Source: a virus
Length of the DNA: 64,000 bases
Reading direction: 5' to 3' (one strand)
Virus record (IMG/VR): IMGVR_UViG_3300048583_000034
Coordinates: 1-64,000 of that record
Each line of letters starts with the position of its first letter. Position 1 is the stretch's first letter. Shown here in pieces: positions 57,339 to 64,000 of the stretch. The translations under genes and the position numbers were made by a program. The notes beneath the pieces are model-generated. The model was given only the letters and a program-made list of their open reading frames with translations, had not been told where the DNA came from and made no database searches.

Positions 57339-57418
57339 TCTAGGCTTATTCTGTCCTAGTGTTTAACTCGTTGCACTCTCTGGCCTATCCTCAGAAGCTC
57401 CAAGGATAGGCTAGAAAG

Positions 57419-57456
57419 CCCTTGGCCTAGCCCGTGAGAGGGGACTAGGCCAAGGG
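57419..57456 (-). terminator. Hairpin downstream of the 168-aa gene
   Basis: CCCTTGGCCTAG/CTAGGCCAAGGG. Confidence 0.65.
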
Positions 57457-57468
57457 GATTTAGATCGA

Positions 57469-57975
57469 TCAGGCACCCGCTGGGGCGGTCTCTTCAGCCT
57501 TTGGGGCAGCTTCACCGCGAGCGGCAAGCGCATTGTCGATCATCTTTTGAATGCTTTCGTCGGAGAGCTTCAATTGCGCCCCCACCTTGCGGAGGGATTT
57601 GATGATGGACTCGGTCGAGTTTGGGTCGGTCGCGGTGGCGGAATAATCGCGCTCTTTGATCTTGCTCCATTCGACTTCGAAGAGGTCAACCGTTTCGAAT
57701 TTCGGATTTCCATCTTCATCCATGGCTTGCAATTCGATTCCGTCAACCGTTTCCATGACTTCGACAACCTTGAAACGGCGGTCGGTGGCGACGGTGTGAA
57801 GGACTTCGAGAATTTCCTTTTCCGTCATGGCGACAGGTTCGGCATTCTTGACAGCGGCAGGGCGGGAGAACTCGTTGCGGAGTTCAGTAAGATCACCCTT
57901 GATTTTCTCGGAAACTCCGAAGGTGAATTGCTTTGGCTTGGCGGTAGTGGCGACTGGCGTGGTGGTGTTGGACAT
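57469..57975 (-). CDS. Hypothetical putative early protein with GC-rich codons
   Basis: ORF track; starts 6 nt after CAGAAT. Confidence 0.75.
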   Translation of the reverse strand: MSNTTTPVATTAKPKQFTFGVSEKIKGDLTELRNEFSRPAAVKNAEPVAMTEKEILEVLHTVATDRRFKVVEVMETVDGIELQAMDEDGNPKFETVDLFEVEWSKIKERDYSATATDPNSTESIIKSLRKVGAQLKLSDESIQKMIDNALAARGEAAPKAEETAPAGA

Positions 57976-58128
57976 GGTTTGATTCTGTTCTAGTGTTTTA
58001 TTCGGTGGATGACTCGTTTCGAGTGAGTCAGTCTCATGCTGGTTACTATTGGTAAGACCCTTCCCGAAACCTTAGTGGTAAGCGGTTCGTCATTTCGTGG
58101 CATCATTCTGTCCTAGTGTTTAACTAGG

Positions 58129-58209
58129 TTATCGTTGCCAACTGGCAACCTCTAATGCGATGGCGTCAATTATTTCATCGGTGGAGTCAATGGGGATGGT
58201 GATGGTCAC
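58129..58209 (-). CDS. 26-aa acidic peptide (not in ORF track)
   Basis: GTG 6 nt after the -10 element; MTITIPIDSTDEIIDAIALEVASWQR. Confidence 0.45.
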   Translation of the reverse strand: MTITIPIDSTDEIIDAIALEVASWQR

Positions 58210-58223
58210 CCACCCATTCTGTC

Positions 58224-58388
58224 CTAGTGTTTATCCAATTCCTTGGCGACATACTCAAAAGCATTCAAACCAGCATAACCCGCCTTATGAAGAGCAGAGT
58301 CGGCAGCGTCATGATTTGAAAGGTAAATTGCAGTAATAATAATTGCAATTAAGAAAGCAAGGGAAGTAAAGGGAAGGAGACATTTCAT
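58224..58388 (-). CDS. 54-aa single-TM protein (not in ORF track)
   Basis: MKCLLPFTSLAFLIAIITAIYL...; stop lies within the next promoter box. Confidence 0.55.
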   Translation of the reverse strand: MKCLLPFTSLAFLIAIIITAIYLSNHDAADSALHKAGYAGLNAFEYVAKELDKH

Positions 58389-58413
58389 CGTGCTTCAATC
58401 CTATCCTAGTGTT

Positions 58414-58581
58414 TTATTCTCCAAAGTCTCGGAATCCGATCACTTTCAACCACCATCCAAGCTCTTTGTGTAATACGCGCTTGAATTTTATCCATTTAGA
58501 TACTCTCTTATTCACTAGAGTATTTATTACCCGGCCTTTATACTCATAAGAAACAAGGTCAATGTATAGAGTATTTTTCAT
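58414..58581 (-). CDS. 55-aa basic protein (not in ORF track)
   Basis: MKNTLYIDLVSYEY...; fills the interval between two promoters. Confidence 0.55.
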   Translation of the reverse strand: MKNTLYIDLVSYEYKGRVINTLVNKRVSKWIKFKRVLHKELGWWLKVIGFRDFGE

Positions 58582-59375
58582 CTTGAAACAATTCTATCCT
58601 AGTGTTTAAATGATAAAGGCGGCTCAAGAAGTCTTTTCTTGCCCGCTGGAAACTGGTTGTATTGATATGATAAGCTCAATCAGACTTTCAATATGTGTGC
58701 AGGGATTAAGATGCGTGCCACCTAACTCTTTATTTTGATTTAAGTGAAGATTAGTTTCTTGAATTCTTCACTTGTTTAAACTTCTGATATTATGCAACTC
58801 GACCCGAGGGCGCATGAGATTTTATAGCTAAGTGATCTTTTGTCTTCACTTATTTAGTCTATTCTAGTGTTTAATGCGGGGAATGCCCGCGCTCACATAT
58901 CACCACAACCTGTGAGCGCGGGTCTTATCACCACCTAGAAAAGTTTACCAGATAAACAAAGTTATTATATTTACAAAGTTATGGTGAGAAAACCTTCATG
59001 AATACCTTATTCTCGTACATTATAATGAAGTGGTTACACCGCATACGTCACACCACACTTCATTAAATCTGACACTGTATGTTTTTCCTGATACTTAAAT
59101 GAAGTTGTCAAATTGAAAAAGTTATCAGGAAAACAAAGTTATATTATCAGACTCAGAATCTATACACAGTTGTCACGGGATCACAACTATATTCCGGGGT
59201 GGCTACACCCATACGCTTACACAATCCTATCTATTAGAACTACGATCATCTATATCTTTCGATACTGCTTGCATTCACATTCAATGACCATCTCAATTCG
59301 TTGTGCTCAGGGAAATTCTAGGCTAGTGTTTAATGAATGTATTTACAATGTAAATCTTGGTGTGATACAATGTAA

Positions 59376-59567
59376 TTACAGAGACTTGAGCTTCTGAGTC
59401 AGATCATACTTATCACACAGATCATTGATGCAAGACTGAGGATAAACAACGATAACCACAGAGTTATGAGTAGCCTGAAGAGTAAGAACTCCATCCCTTG
59501 CGACATCTAATGCCCTACAAAGGAAGTTATACACAGACTCACCGGGAGTAGCTTCGAGGAATTTCAT
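59376..59567 (-). CDS. Hypothetical protein
   Basis: Starts 6 nt after the -10 element. Confidence 0.65.
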   Translation of the reverse strand: MKFLEATPGESVYNFLCRALDVARDGVLTLQATHNSVVIVVYPQSCINDLCDKYDLTQKLKSL

Positions 59568-59667
59568 GTCATTATCCTAACCTAGTGTTTTACGAAAAAA
59601 GTGCCGTTTGTCCCTAGGAGAAAATCGACTCAAACCTATATTCTATAAGGGTTCCAGAAAATGTCAT

Positions 59668-59985
59668 CTAACTGATAATCTCAGCTTTCATCCAGAAGTT
59701 ATCACCAATTTCGATGCCAGAGTCAATCAGAAAGGTTCTTTCGGAATAACAAAGTTCAAATTTAGTATCTTTAAGTTTCACTTCACCATAATCTGTCCTC
59801 TTAACTTCACGAAATCCTTTCTTTTTAGGATTGAAATTAGAGAAAACAACTTCAACAGAACAATCCATGATATGATTCACATTCAAAAGCGTTCTGATAA
59901 ATGGAATACATAAACCAAATTCTCGACCATCAGACCAAAAAAATGACTTATGAGATTCAAGTTTGAGTATTTTAGAAATTTTCAT
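59668..59985 (-). CDS. Hypothetical protein
   Basis: Starts 6 nt after the -10 element. Confidence 0.65.
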   Translation of the reverse strand: MKISKILKLESHKSFFWSDGREFGLCIPFIRTLLNVNHIMDCSVEVVFSNFNPKKKGFREVKRTDYGEVKLKDTKFELCYSERTFLIDSGIEIGDNFWMKAEIIS

Positions 59986-60064
59986 GTCAGTATTCTATAC
60001 TAGTGTTTTATTCTTACCGATATTTCTATATTCTTATATAGCTACATAGCTATATAACGATAGA

Positions 60065-60104
60065 AGGTCTGTATCATTTATTAGGTGATACAGACCTTAC
60101 TTTT
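60065..60104. terminator. Hairpin terminator
   Basis: AAGGTCTGTATCA/TGATACAGACCTT. Confidence 0.7.
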
Positions 60105-60139
60105 ATTGATTGTTAAGGCGTTGTATCGTTTTTACGACC

Positions 60140-60325
60140 TTAGTAAGAATAATCTTGTGAGAAGGAAGTGGTCTTACCATTCTCACGAATGATTGGAGTA
60201 GCACGGGAAGAGAGTGAACGCTTGATGATCACACCGGAAGTTTTAGGCTTAGAAAAAGCCATTTGAACCCAACTGGTCCTCAACGTTTTCTGTGGAGCGC
60301 GGAAATTATTGTCTGGTTTCTTCAT
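60140..60325 (-). CDS. Small basic protein
   Basis: Starts 6 nt after CATAAT. Confidence 0.6.
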   Translation of the reverse strand: MKKPDNNFRAPQKTLRTSWVQMAFSKPKTSGVIIKRSLSSRATPIIRENGKTTSFSQDYSY

Positions 60326-60391
60326 GGCTTAATTATGGGCTAGTGTTTTATGGTTATTCCTCAAAAGACACTCAGAACACTAAATAATAGT

Positions 60392-61216
60392 ATGAATAAG
60401 AAGTGTAATGATTGTGGAGGAGAGTTTGATAAAGATTCGATGTTTAATAAGAAGAGTGCTGGGAGATGCATTCCATGTTATAAATTATCCAGAAAAAAGA
60501 ATTATCTTGATAACAAGGATATCCTTCAAGAGAAAAGCAGGTTACATTATCAAAATATGAGCGATGAACAAAGAGAACGATCAAAGGAATTGAGAAACGT
60601 TCGTCTCCAGAACAATAAAGAGAGTCATCTTGAATACAATAGGAAATGGCATCATGATAACAAAGAACGTTTAAAAACTGAAGGTAAGTGTTGGGACACC
60701 AATAACAAAGAAAGGATTAAACACTTACGAAAGCTGAGAGAATCCGATCCTCTTCATAAAGTTAAGAGATTAGAGTATCGAAGAGCTTACTACCAAAAGA
60801 ACAAGGATAAAATCAAAATGAATGATGCCTTATGGGAATCTATCCCAAAGAATAAGATTGGTAGGAGATTGAGATCCAGAGTTCGCTCTGCATTGAAGAG
60901 AAATGTTTCTGGTGGTAGGAGTATTAAAACTGACAGCACACAAAAGCTCTTAGGTATATCTTACGATGAGCTTGTGGGTTATCTCGAAGGATTGTTCAAA
61001 GATGGAATGTCTTGGGATAATTATGGGACTTGGCATATTGATCACATCATCCCCTGCTCATACTTTGATTTAACTTTAGAAGAAAACCAAAGGATATGCT
61101 TTAATTATCAGAACCTTACACCTTTATGGGGAGAAGATAATCATAGTAAGAGTGACTTGATATTGATTGATAATCCAGAAGAATTTATTCAAGCCATAAA
61201 AGATTCTCTCCCATAA
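60392..61216 (+). CDS. HNH homing endonuclease
   Basis: GMSWDNYG.WHIDHIIPC and FNYQNL.PLW..DN..K; TAAATA-N5-ATG. Confidence 0.85.
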   Translation: MNKKCNDCGGEFDKDSMFNKKSAGRCIPCYKLSRKKNYLDNKDILQEKSRLHYQNMSDEQRERSKELRNVRLQNNKESHLEYNRKWHHDNKERLKTEGKCWDTNNKERIKHLRKLRESDPLHKVKRLEYRRAYYQKNKDKIKMNDALWESIPKNKIGRRLRSRVRSALKRNVSGGRSIKTDSTQKLLGISYDELVGYLEGLFKDGMSWDNYGTWHIDHIIPCSYFDLTLEENQRICFNYQNLTPLWGEDNHSKSDLILIDNPEEFIQAIKDSLP

Positions 61217-61325
61217 TTATGGATATTTGTTATACTCTGTCACTGCTTCACTCAGGTCTTGTGAGGCGAATACTCTTTCACCCTGATTGAATACTTCATA
61301 CCTTAGAGCGCATCCATTCATAAGA

Positions 61326-61670
61326 TTAGGATCGATGCTCGATTGCGGGTTGAGCCTCGTAGGAGAACTTCATACCCTGCTTCTTAAGATAAGCTAGGAT
61401 TTCTTCCTTAGTATGAAGTTCATCAAAAAATGGTCCCGAGTTTGAAGCAAACCCACCTTTAAGACCTAGAAGGGCATAAGCTTTTTTAGCTGTGAGTTCA
61501 TTATATTGGACATAGAGAGGTTGAACAAGAAGAAAAGAATTAGTTTCTCTTTGTGGGTCAACATAAACTCCACCAACTTTAAATGCCAATTCTTTTTGGA
61601 TATATCCATCACGGATACACTTATCCAAGTCCAGCGAATAACTCACACCTTCAATTTCAATTGTTTTCAT
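61326..61670 (-). CDS. Hypothetical protein
   Basis: ORF track. Confidence 0.6.
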   Translation of the reverse strand: MKTIEIEGVSYSLDLDKCIRDGYIQKELAFKVGGVYVDPQRETNSFLLVQPLYVQYNELTAKKAYALLGLKGGFASNSGPFFDELHTKEEILAYLKKQGMKFSYEAQPAIEHRS

Positions 61671-61858
61671 AATAGTTTTATAAGTAGTTCAATAATCCAA
61701 TGAATATACGGAACTGATCCAATGACACCAATCAGAACGATAAGTGAAAAAGTCGGGAGGGACCACCATTTTTGACAATGGTTCATACACAATCCACCAA
61801 GGGCAAATAGTGAATAATACACCACCAGAAACCCGATAATATTTAATAGGATTATCAT
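61667..61858 (-). CDS. Small membrane protein
   Basis: Two hydrophobic segments. Confidence 0.55.
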   Translation of the reverse strand: MIILLNIIGFLVVYYSLFALGGLCMNHCQKWWSLPTFSLIVLIGVIGSVPYIHWIIELLIKLL

Positions 61859-62382
61859 TAGCTCAGTTTCTTATGGAGATCAAGAATCTCTTGAACCTTG
61901 GCGATAGGGATGGTTTGACATCCGACGATGACATTATCACCATCAATCACTGCATCGTATTCATCGGAAAGTTTGATGACATTACCATCCAAAGAAACTT
62001 CAGCGAAAGGAACAGCAATGTCTTGATCTTCATCTTCGACCATCACACAATATCCATGCTCCTTGATAACTTTTTGAATACCCTTGTCGGAAGTAGGATA
62101 AAACTTAGACCAGACAGAAACAGAAGAAATTTTAAATTTCTTACCCTCGAAGAGAACAGTTTTACCGATGAGAGAGAATGCGTGATCGAAATTATTTTGA
62201 ATCGCTAGTCGAAACTCATTCCCATCCCACCAATTTGAATCTGCCTCGTCATCGAACAGATAAATTTCGTTATCTGAGATATCTTCGACTCTATAACCCT
62301 CCTTTTGTTCTAGGAAAAATTGTTCTGAGTCGGTGCCAGAAATTGGAATGACCAAGTCACCAATTTTGAATTGTTTTTTCAT
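61858..62382 (-). CDS. Hypothetical protein
   Basis: FKIGD N-terminus; L...Y.A.I....V.VGCQ C-terminal motif. Confidence 0.65.
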   Translation of the reverse strand: MKKQFKIGDLVIPISGTDSEQFFLEQKEGYRVEDISDNEIYLFDDEADSNWWDGNEFRLAIQNNFDHAFSLIGKTVLFEGKKFKISSVSVWSKFYPTSDKGIQKVIKEHGYCVMVEDEDQDIAVPFAEVSLDGNVIKLSDEYDAVIDGDNVIVGCQTIPIAKVQEILDLHKKLS

Positions 62383-62515
62383 GTTTTTGTTTTTGTTTTT
62401 CAGATTAACATACTTCTATGGTCATCACACAGAAGATTAAGAATGTGAGTAGATCGATACCAAAATCGATCAGATATTTGAAAGAATGACCATGTCACTA
62501 CTATATCCTAGTGTT

Positions 62516-63055
62516 TTATGATGCAAGTTGCTTCAGGAGTTGCGCCATCTTATCTTCCAGAGGATTACCCTTCTTGATAAGAATAAGACGACCATAGCAA
62601 GTCCCACAGACGCGATTAGAACCCCTCAAGATCTTATTGTGGAGAGTTGTGGAGAGTTTAAACTCTTTACCACATCCACATCCATAGATATGTTTGGTTT
62701 GTTTCTTAGTCTTAGTGACACTTGTATCATAAGAATGACAACGATCAGCAGGGATATGCATAACATTACGCATGATGAATTTCCACTCACGACCATGAGC
62801 CTTACAATATCCATATTGTTGGAATTGGACATAGTGTGCAACTTCATGCTTGATAGTTTGGATGTATTCAAGCCCAACATTTTCGGCGAAATCTAATTGG
62901 AACATAATCTCTTTAGTTCCCCAATTAGCATAACCACCACAAGTCCCAGATCTTTTGAAGATAACTGTCTTAGGACGCTCAAAAGATTTACCGTAAAACT
63001 TATCAGCAATTTTAAATGCTTCTTCCATTTGGAAGGAAATTTCGTCTTTCGTCAT
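62516..63055 (-). CDS. SprT-like zinc metalloprotease
   Basis: HEVAH, HGREWK and Y.C.C...C..C motifs. Confidence 0.88.
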   Translation of the reverse strand: MTKDEISFQMEEAFKIADKFYGKSFERPKTVIFKRSGTCGGYANWGTKEIMFQLDFAENVGLEYIQTIKHEVAHYVQFQQYGYCKAHGREWKFIMRNVMHIPADRCHSYDTSVTKTKKQTKHIYGCGCGKEFKLSTTLHNKILRGSNRVCGTCYGRLILIKKGNPLEDKMAQLLKQLAS

Positions 63056-63115
63056 AGCCCAATAATAGTGTAGTGTTTTATGGAGAAAATGTGCGTCTTC
63101 GGACTAAATATAGAT

Positions 63116-63991
63116 ATGAATGACACGATATCACACATTATTTATGATTCCTTGAAGGGCGAGGATATTATCTTCCACAAAGGAGAATTGATTAAAAAGT
63201 GTAAGGAATTAGGTATAGACAATACCAAGATTTCTAGGTTGAAAAGTAGAGGATTTGATTTTGTGTGTGAGAGATACATTTTATCTGAAAGAAAAGATGA
63301 ATTATTGTTTACACTCGTCGATTTTGAAACGGGGGAAGAATTTGAATGCGTGTCTAATAAAACGATATTCTTACACCTCAATTTGCCTTATAGTGAAACA
63401 TGTAGTAAGTATATATACGAACTAAAGAGTAAAAGACAATATGTTGCGACGATTTGTAACCGATTGTTTTATTTGAAGGGTGTGGATAAGCCAACGGTTA
63501 TAAAGACCGCGACAAAATCCGATCACTTGGCATCTGTTAAGAAATGTAAATCTAGTAATAGAGCACAACAGCGCATGAGAGGAAATTTTAGGTCCAGATT
63601 AGGATTAATGATACGTGAACGTTTGATGGTTAAACGTTATGGACATATGCAAGATTTACTAGGATGCGATAAAGATTTCTTCATAGAGTATATCGAATCT
63701 CAATTTACCGGAGAATTATGCTGGGACAACTATGGTAAAGTTTGGCACATCGACCACATCATTCCATGTTTTATGTTTGATCTATTTGACGACGAGCAAG
63801 TTAAACAGTGTTGGCACTATACGAATTTGAGACCATTATTGGCAACTGAAAACTTGGCTAGGCCAAAGAATAAACCACACTACAAAGATTCTTTAATGAA
63901 GAAATCATCCTCAGACCCCACCAATTCACCACCAGTAAGAGTAGTAAGACCCACGGTGGATTCATTGACATTACACACGACCAACCATTGA
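63116..63991 (+). CDS. HNH homing endonuclease
   Basis: WDNYG.VWHIDHIIPC and CWHYTNLRPL...EN motifs. Confidence 0.85.
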   Translation: MNDTISHIIYDSLKGEDIIFHKGELIKKCKELGIDNTKISRLKSRGFDFVCERYILSERKDELLFTLVDFETGEEFECVSNKTIFLHLNLPYSETCSKYIYELKSKRQYVATICNRLFYLKGVDKPTVIKTATKSDHLASVKKCKSSNRAQQRMRGNFRSRLGLMIRERLMVKRYGHMQDLLGCDKDFFIEYIESQFTGELCWDNYGKVWHIDHIIPCFMFDLFDDEQVKQCWHYTNLRPLLATENLARPKNKPHYKDSLMKKSSSDPTNSPPVRVVRPTVDSLTLHTTNH

Positions 63992-64000
63992 TCATGAGAA

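Larger units (their letters stand above)
56986..60350 (-). promoter_or_regulatory. Cluster of 13 TAAA(A)CACTAG-N2-(-10) promoters
   Basis: CTAGTGTTT at 56986, 57240, 57356, 57990, 58113, 58224, 58406, 58599, 58864, 59323, 59582, 60000 and 60340. Confidence 0.8.

Noticed and set aside
57547-59913. Plus-strand ORFs 57547..57993, 59113..59397 and 59608..59913
   Set aside because: Antisense to promoter-supported minus-strand units, with no recognisable motifs
56986-60350. CRISPR array suggested by the recurring CTAGTGTTT motif
   Set aside because: The repeat is short, spacing is irregular (about 110-630 bp), intervals contain ORFs, and the motif abuts -10 elements
1-64000. Genome-wide TAG recoding (code 15)
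   Set aside because: All recognisable genes are intact in the standard code and TAG ends several ORFs; only one in-frame TAG candidate was found

Overview
This window is 64 kb of an AT-rich T4-like myovirus genome; the host cannot be determined from the sequence. 1-5.6 kb is a glycosyl/fucosyl-transferase island. 5.6-9.3 kb holds a clamp-loader subunit, a GroES-like protein, a WYL-like protein and a DinG helicase. 9.3-25.2 kb is the virion module (gp15, portal, gp13, fibre-like proteins, gp4, gp21, gp22, gp23, split gp5). 25-29 kb carries ligase, ClpP and a class II RNR. 31.5-39.2 kb is an array of 25 tRNAs covering all 20 amino acids plus an amber suppressor, interleaved with homing endonucleases and structured non-tRNA RNAs. 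39-56 kb holds a 2H phosphoesterase, CoaB/CoaC, dUTPase, a lysis cassette, ThyX, a CCA-adding enzyme and a kinase. 56-64 kb is a putative early region of tiny transcription units, each driven by a TAAA(A)CACTAG-N2-(-10) promoter. Main discoveries: (1) a ~245-nt RNA in the tRNA array that rebuilds the 23S rRNA uL11-binding (H43/H44) domain with compensatory changes in tertiary contacts; (2) a gene with an in-frame TAG at codon 5 directly upstream of the CUA suppressor tRNA; (3) mostly leaderless gene starts, with a 24-copy promoter box; (4) tRNA-maintenance enzymes with capsid-targeting-like N-termini; (5) a miniature major-capsid fragment. All calls are by eye and from remembered family motifs; no searches were run.
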